IMG/VR virus record: IMGVR_UViG_3300019884_000062
Coordinates: 1 to 58,751 of that record
Source: a virus
Taxonomy: Duplodnaviria; Caudoviricetes
Reading direction: 5' to 3' (one strand)
DNA length: 58,751 nt
How positions within the stretch are numbered: position 1 is the first letter of the stretch; each line of letters starts with the position of its first letter. This document shows, piece by piece, positions 1 to 8,681 of this stretch. The notes beneath the pieces are model-generated. The model worked only from the letters and a program-made list of their open reading frames with translations. It ran no database searches and had not been told where the DNA came from. The position numbers and the translations under genes are program-made.

Positions 1-47
1 AGGACCACGGCGATGACGAAGCTCGCGAACGCTACCTTGGCGCGCAT
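1..47 (-). CDS. 5' part of a 37-aa membrane peptide that continues at 58751..58685 (MRAKVAFASFVIAVVLGIFLIALGYAERAIGWIDVVF)
   Basis: ATG at 47; hand translation across the junction stays in frame and hydrophobic up to TAG at 58685. Confidence 0.75.
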   Translation of the reverse strand, partial: MRAKVAFASFVIAVV

Positions 48-48
48 G

Positions 49-282
49 TTAGCTCCCCTGCTGGCTCATGTAGACGTAGACGATGAGACCGACGATGCCG
101 CCGACCACGATTGCGCCGCGTACGAATGGCTTCTTGAGGATGCCGGCGATGATGAGCGTGAGAACACCGATCACGATCACGGCCGGATGGTCGACTACCC
201 ACTGAGCGACCGATTCGAGCGACAAGCCATCGACGTTGTCAACCGATGGCGGCTCAACGTCTACGGCTGGAAGCTTGCGCAT
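49..282 (-). CDS. Small membrane protein, two TM segments (77 aa)
   Basis: ORF 49..354, likely start ATG 282 with GGAGAGG upstream; two hydrophobic stretches. Confidence 0.75.
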   Translation of the reverse strand: MRKLPAVDVEPPSVDNVDGLSLESVAQWVVDHPAVIVIGVLTLIIAGILKKPFVRGAIVVGGIVGLIVYVYMSQQGS

Positions 283-316
283 GTTGCCTCTCCGAGTTGT
301 GTAGGGAGTTTGGGGT

Positions 317-475
317 CTACTCCACGAGCGACTTGACGAAGTCCCAGAGTCCAACGGCTACGTCGGCCACGGTCCGTCCCAGACCCTGGAACACGTCTCC
401 GGCCGCGTCCGGGCGGTAGGCGATGAAGAACAACAGGAAGGCGATGCCGCCCCACGTCAGGATCTTCTTGATCAC
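317..475 (-). CDS. 52-aa membrane peptide MIKKILTWGGIAFLLFFIAYRPDAAGDVFQGLGRTVADVAVGLWDFVKSLVE
   Basis: Hand-translated (below the ORF-track cutoff); GTG start overlaps the upstream stop (GTGA); TM helix plus amphipathic helix. Confidence 0.75.
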   Translation of the reverse strand: MIKKILTWGGIAFLLFFIAYRPDAAGDVFQGLGRTVADVAVGLWDFVKSLVE

Positions 476-681
476 TTCTCTGGCTCCTTCCAGAGCTCAT
501 CGAGTACGCTGAGGACGGCGCTGCCGATGTCCTTGAGTAGCCGGAAGGCCCCGTCAGCGTGGCCAGTCGATTCCAACCACAGGAAGATCATCGTACCGAC
601 CGCGAGCCCCAGCACGGCTAGGATGATCGTGCCGCAACCGGAGCCTGGTCCCTTCTGGGTGTTGCCGATGCTATCCCACAC
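472..681 (-). CDS. Small membrane protein (69 aa)
   Basis: ORF 472..738; GTG 681 with GGGAGG RBS; TM segment then amphipathic tail. Confidence 0.7.
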   Translation of the reverse strand: MWDSIGNTQKGPGSGCGTIILAVLGLAVGTMIFLWLESTGHADGAFRLLKDIGSAVLSVLDELWKEPEK

Positions 682-683
682 GG

Positions 684-797
684 CTACAGCCTCCCGGTAA
701 GCCAAGCCTGCGCAACACCGAGCAGACCCCAGTACCAACTGACGGCGCAGAAGCCGAGCGCGAGCATGAAGAGCCAGAACTGTGCCGCCTTGCTCAT
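684..797 (-). CDS. 37-aa membrane peptide MSKAAQFWLFMLALGFCAVSWYWGLLGVAQAWLTGRL
   Basis: ATG overlaps the upstream stop (ATGA); hydrophobic. Confidence 0.65.
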   Translation of the reverse strand: MSKAAQFWLFMLALGFCAVSWYWGLLGVAQAWLTGRL

Positions 798-952
798 TGG
801 TCGAGCCAACGGCTGATCTGGCCGGTCCACTCGCCGAGGTCGATCACACCGGCGAAGGCGAGGAACACCACCAACACGGCGACCACGATGACGATCATCA
901 CGACGCCGAGGCAACCGGCCGTCAGGTTCGGTCCACTACGGTCACCACTCAC
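794..952 (-). CDS. 52-aa membrane peptide MSGDRSGPNLTAGCLGVVMIVIVVAVLVVFLAFAGVIDLGEWTGQISRWLDQ
   Basis: Hand-translated; long hydrophobic helix; fills the gap between neighbours with overlapping junctions. Confidence 0.7.
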   Translation of the reverse strand: MSGDRSGPNLTAGCLGVVMIVIVVAVLVVFLAFAGVIDLGEWTGQISRWLDQ

Positions 953-1127
953 GGAACCAGTCTCCTATCCAATCGGGGAACAGCTCCCTGGTCTCGGGAG
1001 CGAGGTAGAGGATGACCACGAGTACGACGAACGCTATGGCGAACGCCCGGACGAAGGTCCAGATTCTGTCGTCGCGGTTCCCGTCACCCATCGCGGCTCC
1101 GATCTTGATTGAGGTTTTCGCTGCCAC
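942..1127 (-). CDS. Small membrane protein (61 aa)
   Basis: ORF track; TM segment FAIAFVVLVVILYL; Trp-rich amphipathic tail. Confidence 0.7.
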   Translation of the reverse strand: MAAKTSIKIGAAMGDGNRDDRIWTFVRAFAIAFVVLVVILYLAPETRELFPDWIGDWFREW

Positions 1128-1158
1128 GCGTAACCTATCGGAGCGCTCCCCGTTGGCG

Positions 1159-1581
1159 CTAGTCGCCTACTAGCTCCAAAAGTCCTAATCGGACACCGAC
1201 CTCGGTCAAGACGCAAAGCGACTCGCTCGCATTCATCTCGGTGCCGCCGGTCACCCACCAACTGTCCTCAGTAGAGCATGTTGGGCCGAACTCGTGTTGC
1301 TCCCACAGAATCACGCCGTAGTTAGCCAAGAAACGTCCCATGTGCGCCTCGCACGGTTGGAACATGGCGCCATCCTTCGTTCGGACGTGCCACGCCGAGG
1401 CCGCCATACAGTCCTGCGCTGGATCGCAGTCCGGCGTGTCATTGTAGTGGCACGAGCCGTCCATGCCGCGCTCCAGATGGCCGACCGGAAGGCCGAGCGC
1501 GCGCTCCACGTCCTCAACGGTTTGTGGGACGAACTCCGGTGTTGGCTCGGTCACACCAGGAGCAGAGTCTATAGGGGACAT
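1159..1581 (-). CDS. Hypothetical protein, Cys/His-containing
   Basis: ORF 1159..1662, likely start MSPIDS with AAGGA upstream. Confidence 0.65.
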   Translation of the reverse strand: MSPIDSAPGVTEPTPEFVPQTVEDVERALGLPVGHLERGMDGSCHYNDTPDCDPAQDCMAASAWHVRTKDGAMFQPCEAHMGRFLANYGVILWEQHEFGPTCSTEDSWWVTGGTEMNASESLCVLTEVGVRLGLLELVGD

Positions 1582-1679
1582 ACAAGAATTCCTTCCAAGC
1601 TCGGATAGCCACAGCCGAGCGCGGCATGTAGCGGATGTCCTTAGGCCAATTGCATACGCCACAGGACGTGTTGAAGGGT

Positions 1680-1874
1680 CTAATGCGACCGTACATCATT
1701 CCTCTTAGGAGGGTCAGAACCCCTCTTCACGAATGGTTGATACTTCGACATACGATGCGGAGCCGCGTCCGCACCGTGCCAGCAGCATCGGCTCGCTACA
1801 TGCCATATGCCGTTGCGAACCACGCAGTAGCAGTCCACGGGCTGAACCCAGTCCGGATCAAGCACGTACATCAT
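1680..1874 (-). CDS. Hypothetical protein (64 aa)
   Basis: ORF track; AAAGGA RBS; overlaps the upstream stop. Confidence 0.5.
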   Translation of the reverse strand: MMYVLDPDWVQPVDCYCVVRNGIWHVASRCCWHGADAAPHRMSKYQPFVKRGSDPPKRNDVRSH

Positions 1875-2050
1875 CGCTTGGTCCTTTCAGGAGGGTTGAT
1901 GAACTCCTTACAAGGGCAGAAGATGCAACCCTTATCTCTATGCGCACCTCGGCGGTGGCCGCATCGCTTGGGATCTTTGACGCGGTGCTTCTCCTCCCAA
2001 GCCCGCGACATAACCCGATCGCATTTGTCTCCGGCCTTAGGGGAGACCAT
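1871..2050 (-). CDS. Small Zn-finger-like protein (CGH..H..C..CPC)
   Basis: Start MVSPKAG with GGAG upstream; Cys/His pattern. Confidence 0.55.
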   Translation of the reverse strand: MVSPKAGDKCDRVMSRAWEEKHRVKDPKRCGHRRGAHRDKGCIFCPCKEFINPPERTKR

Positions 2051-2354
2051 GCGGCCTCGGCTCCACGTACTCCCCGGACGCGCGGCGCTCCTCATAGGTG
2101 GCCGGCCTCCAGATCCGCATCTGCCACGCGTAGTCGATCGCACCCCAGTAGAAACGAGCATTACAGGGAGCGCCATCGCCGTACACGTAGTTACAAGCAA
2201 ACCAGTTGCCATCAGGAATCACACCATGCCTGTGGTGCTCCACAACGTATTCCTTGTGGATCTCCCGGAACCAGCTCTCATCCGGTCCCATCTCCAGGCG
2301 CGGCAATCGCGCACCGTCCTGATCGGACAGTCCTTTATCGATTCGTTGCACCAT
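2037..2354 (-). CDS. Hypothetical protein (105 aa)
   Basis: ORF track; start coupled to the upstream stop. Confidence 0.6.
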   Translation of the reverse strand: MVQRIDKGLSDQDGARLPRLEMGPDESWFREIHKEYVVEHHRHGVIPDGNWFACNYVYGDGAPCNARFYWGAIDYAWQMRIWRPATYEERRASGEYVEPRPHGLP

Positions 2355-2641
2355 CAGAAGCCCTTGACCCTCTCAGCATCGTCATCATCCGCGTACCAAT
2401 CGGCGGGAGTCGGCGGCGGCGGAGCTAACGGAAAGACCGTCGTTTTGACGCTGTCGCGCTTCAATCCCGAGTAGTGGACCGTCACATCGAATCCACCGGT
2501 GTCGTTGATCTTCGTCTCGACTCCCGTGATGATCACAGGCTCGCTCGGCGGCGTGTCGTACGTGAAGGCCCACTCGCTCTTGAACGCGATCCGGTGCTCA
2601 GCCGCCTCGGGCACTGCCGGCTCCTGGTTTCCGTCGCTCAT
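2354..2641 (-). CDS. Hypothetical protein (95 aa)
   Basis: ORF track; protein-like composition; tight spacing. Confidence 0.65.
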   Translation of the reverse strand: MSDGNQEPAVPEAAEHRIAFKSEWAFTYDTPPSEPVIITGVETKINDTGGFDVTVHYSGLKRDSVKTTVFPLAPPPPTPADWYADDDDAERVKGF

Positions 2642-2644
2642 CTC

Positions 2645-2740
2645 TCAGCCCTTCTTGGCGAAGATGAGGCAGGCCACGACCACGAGGCCGATCAGTAGGC
2701 CTGCCCAGAAGTGGTCCCACCTCACCCAACTAAAGTCCAT
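2645..2740 (-). CDS. 31-aa membrane peptide MDFSWVRWDHFWAGLLIGLVVVACLIFAKKG
   Basis: AGGAG RBS; single TM segment with basic tail. Confidence 0.6.
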   Translation of the reverse strand: MDFSWVRWDHFWAGLLIGLVVVACLIFAKKG

Positions 2741-2774
2741 AGCTCCTAGCGTCCCGCGCCGAGCGCGATTGCCG

Positions 2775-3041
2775 CTAGTGTGAGGCCGGGACCTTCCGAC
2801 CCATGATCTCCATAGCCGCGTCGATGATCCGGACGTCCACGTTGGACACGCCCTTCTCCTGCGCGCGCTTGACGATGCGCTCCACATCCTCGATGTAGAG
2901 GTCGCGCGCGTGCGCCAACAGAGCCGTCTCCGAGGTCGCGGCCTCGGGTAGCTTGGGAGCGCTACCGCGTAGGCGGTCTAGCTCCAACTCGGTCGCACGA
3001 CGTACCTCATCGGGCATCTGCGGGAACGGTGTACCTGGCAT
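2775..3041 (-). CDS. Hypothetical helical protein (88 aa)
   Basis: ORF 2775..3122, start MPGTPF with GAGG upstream. Confidence 0.6.
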   Translation of the reverse strand: MPGTPFPQMPDEVRRATELELDRLRGSAPKLPEAATSETALLAHARDLYIEDVERIVKRAQEKGVSNVDVRIIDAAMEIMGRKVPASH

Positions 3042-3135
3042 TACCTCATCCTCCAAGCTGCTAGTCCGAATAGGACGGCCGCAATCACGGCCACGCTCAG
3101 GACCTCGTGGAACGGAGGCCATTCAGCCGGCCACA

Positions 3136-3315
3136 TCAGCGTCGCTCCATACCTGGATGCCATACCGGCTGGTGCGGCGGTACGTCCCGCGCCTGCCACT
3201 CGTTGGGCATGACGGTCGCGTACTCGTTGTCATAGTCGCACGCGCTACAGATCAACACGCCGCCTGGGAATAGGCCGCGCCTCCGGCCGCAACACCGGAC
3301 GGTGAAGAGCTTCAT
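3136..3315 (-). CDS. 59-aa Zn-ribbon-like protein (CC..CxxC)
   Basis: Hand-translated MKLFTVRCCGRR...ICSACDY; GGAGG RBS; ATGA overlap. Confidence 0.55.
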   Translation of the reverse strand: MKLFTVRCCGRRRGLFPGGVLICSACDYDNEYATVMPNEWQARDVPPHQPVWHPGMERR

Positions 3316-3512
3316 GGGACCTCCGTTGGAGATAGCGCTCGGCAGATGAGCGTGTCCGGGTTGCCGTCCGTGGGCATAAGCGAGCGCGCCTCCTTCAGTT
3401 CTACTTTAGACGACCCATTGGCCGTAGAGGTCACCTCTACGAGCCAACGAAGATCATCGAGCGTGATCGGTCCCTCCAGTCTGACTTCGTTGGTCGATAT
3501 CCGCTTGGCCAT
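3312..3512 (-). CDS. Hypothetical protein (66 aa)
   Basis: Start MAKRISTNEV coupled to the upstream stop. Confidence 0.6.
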   Translation of the reverse strand: MAKRISTNEVRLEGPITLDDLRWLVEVTSTANGSSKVELKEARSLMPTDGNPDTLICRALSPTEVP

Positions 3513-3745
3513 CAGTTCGTGCCTCGCGCGGTGGCTGGATCGGTGGGCGCGGTCGGCTCCGGCACCGGCCGATACGTCAAGTCCACATCGGCCAAATCCT
3601 TGGTCCCGTCCGCCGGATTCGAATGGTAGATTTCCCACAGCTCCTCCTCCGCCGTGAGTTGGCGATCGGCCCGAGCCACCGGGTCGATCAACCCGTCGCC
3701 TCCACCGAATTCAGTATGTCCCTTTGGAGCCTTCTCATACGGCAT
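3512..3745 (-). CDS. Hypothetical acidic protein (77 aa)
   Basis: ORF track; AGGAG RBS. Confidence 0.65.
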   Translation of the reverse strand: MPYEKAPKGHTEFGGGDGLIDPVARADRQLTAEEELWEIYHSNPADGTKDLADVDLTYRPVPEPTAPTDPATARGTN

Positions 3746-3779
3746 ATCGAACTCCTACCTCAATACTAGGAGAAAACCT

Positions 3780-4125
3780 CAATTCATCCGTTGCAAAGTG
3801 CCTCGGCGAGGCAGACGGGTTAGCGAAAGTTTAGGACCACTCGCGTAGGCGCGCGCGAGGCTCGCTGTAGGCGTACGACGCGCAATCGCGTCTACCAGTA
3901 CAAATACATATTGCAATAAGAAACACACCCTCCTATAGGGTCTAACTCTCTCTCTAACCCGTCTACCCGTCTGCCTCCTCTAGTCTTTATGCATCTTGAC
4001 CAGCAAAAACTCAGGCAGACGGGTTATCATTTTTACCCGGCTGCTACCCGTCTTCTACCCGGCTGCCTCATTTTTCCCCAAGAGGCCGGCAGACGGGTAG
4101 GCGGACGGGTAGGAAGACGGGTTAG
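3780..4125. repeat. Putative replication origin: about 10 direct and inverted copies of (A/G)GACGGGT(T)AG flanking an AT-rich patch
   Basis: Copies near 3813, 4017, 4091, 4103, 4115 (+) and 3954, 3963, 4033, 4044, 4055 (inverted); AT-rich 3895-3955; immediately downstream of primase-helicase. Confidence 0.65.
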
Positions 4126-6593
4126 AGCGCCCCGAAAAGCCTTGCGAATTCCTCAGAAAGTCGGATACCCGCTCGGACCTTGACCACATGCCTTCCATCA
4201 TCATCAATAACGGTCTTGCTCTTCTTGTCAAAGCCTCGGCCTGACATATAGCTACCAAACTTAGTGTTCGACTCGGGCTTGATCCCGTTCGTCGTACACC
4301 ATTGCTTATAGGCGGTGTAGAGCGCTTCCGGCGCGACCGAGGCACCCGGCTCAGCAATAGCAATCTCGCCTAGCGCTCGGTCGAAGTCGGACAATTCCCC
4401 CAAGAACTTCTCGCGCGCTTCGAGCGCGCCTGCCGGCATATCGAGGTCCCGAGACGCGGCGTACATGGTCCATCCTTCGAGCGCCCACGCGAGCACGGCC
4501 GGTGCGACCTCCGGCGAGGTGAGCCGGTCGAGCATCGTGTCGTCCTCATCAGACTGTAGGATGACTTGGTCCCACGGCACGATCACGAGCCGCCTACGAA
4601 CAGCCTCATCCGCGCCTTCGATCGTGGGAGAGTTGTTACATAGCAACCAAGGCGTGAAGGCCGGGATGACCTCCCAGAAGGTGTCCGATCGCATCCCGCG
4701 CGCGACTACCGGCGCGCCACCTGTGAGCCGCTTGACTTGGTCCGCATGGAGGTGCCAAGCTTGCGAGGTCTCCTCTGCGACTATCATGCGCTTTCTGAGC
4801 GCTCGCACCAGATCCGGGCGCGGGCGGTCATCTTGGTTGTCCCGGAACACGGTCATGGTCACGGCCGCTGCGTAGTCCCCCAGCGCCGAGCGTAGCGCCT
4901 CGGCGAACGTGGTCTTGCCCGTAGATGACGGGCCAAAGCATACAACAAACAGACGACGTGGGTTGGCGCCATACAGCGAGTAACCCACCAGCTTCTGGAG
5001 CCAGGCCCGAATCTCTGGATCCGGTTGGAACCGATCCAGGAATGCGTCCCAGTCCGGATGGGTGGTACCCTCCACCGAGGCGACATCGCGCACTCCTAGC
5101 TTCATGGTCATCTTGTGTTCGGGGAGAGCCGGCGTGATCGTGAAACCCGGGTTTCTAGACAACACAGCCCGGTCTAGCCGCGCTGGGTCCGCGTCGAAAT
5201 CTGAGCCGAGCACAGAGATCCCGCGCAAGCAGGAGGCGACCGAGATCATAGCCTCCAACGAGCCCTTGGATTCCGACTTGCGGGCCCACTTCTTCAACTC
5301 GACCATCTGGGCCGGATCTTCATCGGCCAAGAACTCAGCCTCATCGCCGATTGCCCGCGCCACTTGGATGGCCCGGCGCTTTACCTCGCCGTTCCGGTCG
5401 ATAATCCAACGTCCTTCAGCGTCCGACCAGAAGAGCCAGCCCCAACCTTCGACGTACCGCATATCGTGTCGGTTGGCGATCGCGAGCCGTTCGGCGTTGC
5501 CCGTATCGCTCCGGGCGTAGCTAAGATGTGCACTACCGCCGCTATCTCCGCCCGCCGGCTCATGCTCATCGCCATTCGAAGTGTTGCCGCCGCCCATACC
5601 TCCATCGAGTAGAGCACAGATGTCCCCATCCTCGGCCAAGCCTTCGGCCGCAACCTTTTGTACGCCTCGGATCACGATCCGAGCCCACTCCTCGGCGGCC
5701 TGCCGTTCGTCTGCGCGTCGAGCCGTAGCGGGGATGAACGTCTTTCGTAGTTCGGCAAGCGCCTTCTCCACGCCCGCGTGCCCGGCGTGTGCGTCCCCGA
5801 TGATCGCCCATGCCCCGTCGCGTCCGGCGTCGTGCGTCCCGCCGTCATCCGAGGCTTGCCGCGCCTTACGTTGGTAGGTCGTGAGAGTCCGCCGCATGGT
5901 CGCGCACATCTCCGGCCCGTTCCGGTTGGAGAGCCACATGCGTACATCGGCCTCATCGAGGTCCGCCACCGGCCGATCGGTCCAGCGCTTCCCGGACGTC
6001 AGACCTTCGATCCATAGCGCGGGTAGGTCCGGCACCTCATCCGGTGTTGGAAAGTCGTTACCCGGTCCCTTGATCCCATCGACCCACCAACGGTACCGGG
6101 CACCGTTTGCGTCTGGATTTGTTGAGGGGTCCACCATAGCGTAACGATGGTCCCAACGGACTAGCTCTACACCGCCGCCTTGCGGCAACTTACCGGGCCA
6201 CGCCAACCCTTCTGGAATCCTGAAGAGCCGGATGCCAGAGCCATCCTCCCGCGCGGTTGGGTAGTAGGTCGCAGGTAGCTCGCCCCATGCTTTGATGGCA
6301 GCCGCGAAGGTCTCCCGGCCTTGCTTGCCCTCGTACATATCCACATCGATGCCCAAGACTGTCTTGGGTAGCCGGAGGCCGATGTTTCCGCCCGCCGCGA
6401 GCCACACCATGTTACCGGCTGAGACGCGCGCCTTGGGGCGGAGCCACTTCTTGAGAGTGACTTCGTCAACGTATGCCCCGTGTACGCCAGTGTACCCATC
6501 GACTGGTGGCCACTTACAATTCGCCGGAAACGGGACCGGCGACCAACCTGCGTCGAAGTACGCTTGCGCGGCGAGGCCATATGGCCCAGTCAC
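4122..6593 (-). CDS. Bifunctional primase/polymerase fused to a D5-type SF3 helicase (P4 family)
   Basis: N-terminal NIGLRLP..GIDVD Prim-pol motifs; DTGNAERL D5_N; Walker A GPSSTGKT; C-terminal winged helix. Confidence 0.93.
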   Translation of the reverse strand: MTGPYGLAAQAYFDAGWSPVPFPANCKWPPVDGYTGVHGAYVDEVTLKKWLRPKARVSAGNMVWLAAGGNIGLRLPKTVLGIDVDMYEGKQGRETFAAAIKAWGELPATYYPTAREDGSGIRLFRIPEGLAWPGKLPQGGGVELVRWDHRYAMVDPSTNPDANGARYRWWVDGIKGPGNDFPTPDEVPDLPALWIEGLTSGKRWTDRPVADLDEADVRMWLSNRNGPEMCATMRRTLTTYQRKARQASDDGGTHDAGRDGAWAIIGDAHAGHAGVEKALAELRKTFIPATARRADERQAAEEWARIVIRGVQKVAAEGLAEDGDICALLDGGMGGGNTSNGDEHEPAGGDSGGSAHLSYARSDTGNAERLAIANRHDMRYVEGWGWLFWSDAEGRWIIDRNGEVKRRAIQVARAIGDEAEFLADEDPAQMVELKKWARKSESKGSLEAMISVASCLRGISVLGSDFDADPARLDRAVLSRNPGFTITPALPEHKMTMKLGVRDVASVEGTTHPDWDAFLDRFQPDPEIRAWLQKLVGYSLYGANPRRLFVVCFGPSSTGKTTFAEALRSALGDYAAAVTMTVFRDNQDDRPRPDLVRALRKRMIVAEETSQAWHLHADQVKRLTGGAPVVARGMRSDTFWEVIPAFTPWLLCNNSPTIEGADEAVRRRLVIVPWDQVILQSDEDDTMLDRLTSPEVAPAVLAWALEGWTMYAASRDLDMPAGALEAREKFLGELSDFDRALGEIAIAEPGASVAPEALYTAYKQWCTTNGIKPESNTKFGSYMSGRGFDKKSKTVIDDDGRHVVKVRAGIRLSEEFARLFGAL

Positions 6594-6769
6594 GCGACCG
6601 CCGCGTAACCGGCAACCAGCAGCTCGCGGGCAACAACCGATCGACGTACCTTCCGGCGCTTCGCCTCAGCGCGAATGTACGCCGCAATCTCGTCAGGCGC
6701 GTGGGTCTGAACCTTGGGGCCGATGGGAGGCCGCCCAGGGCCGCTGCCTTGCCTCTCAACAACTTCCAC
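6590..6769 (-). CDS. Ribbon-helix-helix DNA-binding protein
   Basis: GRPPIGPKVQTH...AEAKRRKVRRSVVARELL RHH pattern; GGGAG RBS before GTG 6769. Confidence 0.7.
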   Translation of the reverse strand: MEVVERQGSGPGRPPIGPKVQTHAPDEIAAYIRAEAKRRKVRRSVVARELLVAGYAAVA

Positions 6770-6827
6770 ATCGACTCCCAGGTTATTCGATCGTGATTCG
6801 GGGTACCCGAGTCTATACCCGACGGAT

Positions 6828-7091
6828 CTAGAAGTGCCTGGTGTCGTCTGCCCAACCAAAGCAAGCTCGGCACTGCCGCCCATCCGCGCCGGGCAGGTAG
6901 TAGTGCGGGAACCAGTTGAGGAAGAACTCGCGCGAGATCATGCGCATACGTCTGCGATTACGCTGCCGCTCCATCCGGAGCCGGCTCTGCTTCGTGGTCT
7001 GCCGGTGCTTCGCTTGCTGCGCTCGCTTCGCCTCCGTCTGCGCTAGCATCCGCATCCGTGCTCTCAGCTCTGGGAAGTCCGTGGTCAACAT
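6828..7091 (-). CDS. Hypothetical basic protein with C-terminal CxxC
   Basis: ORF track; AAGGAG RBS. Confidence 0.55.
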   Translation of the reverse strand: MLTTDFPELRARMRMLAQTEAKRAQQAKHRQTTKQSRLRMERQRNRRRMRMISREFFLNWFPHYYLPGADGRQCRACFGWADDTRHF

Positions 7092-7662
7092 AGGTCTCCT
7101 TGATACGCCTGAGCCAGGTTATGTTATGCCGCACCGCATCTCGGGCATGCTCCCGCCCCTTGAGGGGGTTCCAGAAGCCCCAAGCCTTCAAACGCTCATC
7201 GGTGACGGTCCGCATCGCGAGTGAAGCCGACTGCGGCGTTTGGATCTGTAGCGTCCGGCCAGCGATGTACATGCGGTCCTCGAAGCGCGAGAAGACTCGC
7301 ACCGGCGCCAGGAGGTCGCGCGACATGAGAAACTTCTGCAGAATGAAGTCCTCCCACCCCACCTTTGTGTTGTCGCCCCAGGCGAGCACGAGCGCCATCA
7401 TCTGGTCTACCACTTGCGCCTCGGTGCCGGTGAACTCTCCCGCGCTCCACGACGCCACGTTGGCGAGGATGCGGAGATCCTTCTGATACATGGCCTCCGG
7501 CCAGATCCCAAACACGGACCAACCGCAAGTCGAACCGGGGTCATACCAGATGGAGGTGAAGAACGGGTCGTCTGTCGGCTCGCCCATGTCTGCCGGCGTG
7601 ACCGGCGCGGCTCGCCGTGTCGCGATCCGCACGGGTGCTACCCAGCTCTCCAACTCATCCAC
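6958..7662 (-). CDS. RuvC-like Holliday junction resolvase
   Basis: YDPGSTCGW (motif I), GWEDF, HARDAVRH; position next to primase. Confidence 0.75.
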   Translation of the reverse strand: MDELESWVAPVRIATRRAAPVTPADMGEPTDDPFFTSIWYDPGSTCGWSVFGIWPEAMYQKDLRILANVASWSAGEFTGTEAQVVDQMMALVLAWGDNTKVGWEDFILQKFLMSRDLLAPVRVFSRFEDRMYIAGRTLQIQTPQSASLAMRTVTDERLKAWGFWNPLKGREHARDAVRHNITWLRRIKETYVDHGLPRAESTDADASADGGEASAASEAPADHEAEPAPDGAAA

Positions 7663-8242
7663 GCGGCGCCCACAATTTAATCGGATGACCCGCTTGCATG
7701 TCTACCGGCGGCACATAGTTCGGGAACAGTTCCCGGAGCCGTCGCATATACTGTCGCTCGGCGTGACCTGGCGACCAACCCTGGATCTGAACTCCCAAGG
7801 GCTCCAAGTGATCCACCGAGGTCCACGACGCGGGCGGAGCCGACATAAGCGCCTCGCGCTCATCGAGGATGATCCGTGCGTCCGCTTGGCGTACCAAGGG
7901 CGGCATGTCGTGGACGATGACGCCGAACCGATCGCATATCACCTTCATGAGACGGTCTTCAGCCAGACGGTACTCCGGCATGAAGTCCTTGAGCGGCCGG
8001 ATCATGTCGCCCATGTACGCCTCGGTGGCGTCGTGGAGTAGCGCCCAAGGCGCGTACTCCTCCGGCACCGCCCGGCTCATCAGGACACAGTGCTCGGCTA
8101 CCGAGTAGAACCGACGCACATGCCCGCCGTACCGGCACAGGAGACCGAGCGCGTGCGCGATGTCCAAAGGGTCCACATCTCTAACGTCCGCGTCCATTGG
8201 GTAGAACGCTTTGCCCGTGTAGGTCTGCATCCAGCTGTGCAT
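7655..8242 (-). CDS. HD-domain phosphohydrolase (YfbR-like 5'-deoxynucleotidase)
   Basis: DIAHALG..CRYGGH, YSVAEH, LLHDATEAYMGD motifs. Confidence 0.88.
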   Translation of the reverse strand: MHSWMQTYTGKAFYPMDADVRDVDPLDIAHALGLLCRYGGHVRRFYSVAEHCVLMSRAVPEEYAPWALLHDATEAYMGDMIRPLKDFMPEYRLAEDRLMKVICDRFGVIVHDMPPLVRQADARIILDEREALMSAPPASWTSVDHLEPLGVQIQGWSPGHAERQYMRRLRELFPNYVPPVDMQAGHPIKLWAPRG

Positions 8243-8421
8243 TAGTCCTCGATCCAAGCGTCTTTCAACTCGGCGATTTCATCCCAGGCGATGTCGCAAG
8301 TACAGCCGATTGTGTTGCCCTTACACATTTCCGCGCCGCAACTCCCGTCGCACGTGCACGGCTCTTCGGGTCCGTGCGGGCAAGCCTCGGCCATGCGTCG
8401 TTTGTACTCTTCGCGCTTCAT
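8242..8421 (-). CDS. 59-aa Cys-rich protein
   Basis: Hand-translated MKREEYKRRMAEACPHGPEEPCTCDGSCGAEMCKGNTIGCTCD...; overlapping start/stop junctions on both sides. Confidence 0.55.
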   Translation of the reverse strand: MKREEYKRRMAEACPHGPEEPCTCDGSCGAEMCKGNTIGCTCDIAWDEIAELKDAWIED

Positions 8422-8681
8422 TCACGCCTCGCGTTCGGTAGGCCCTTCTCGATGTACACGTCTGCGGCCTCGGAGCGGATCATGAGCGAGCCGAGGTTCA
8501 GACCTTGCTCGCCGAACGGCAACAGGGTCTCTTCGATGGCCTTCATGAGAGCCGCCTGGAGCGCGTGCCGGCGCTCGCGGTCGGCCGGGACCGTACCCGT
8601 CACTAACATCGCGAAGCCGTACACCTCGTGCCCCACTCTCGCAGCGATCTCTTCGATGGACTCGGCGGCAAACCGGCTCAT
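8418..8681 (-). CDS. Hypothetical protein (87 aa)
   Basis: Start MSRFAAES overlaps the upstream stop (ATGA). Confidence 0.6.
   Translation of the reverse strand: MSRFAAESIEEIAARVGHEVYGFAMLVTGTVPADRERRHALQAALMKAIEETLLPFGEQGLNLGSLMIRSEAADVYIEKGLPNARRE

Noticed and set aside
3780-4125. Repeat cluster as a mini-CRISPR array
   Set aside because: Repeats are about 10 nt, irregularly spaced and in both orientations, which fits iterons better
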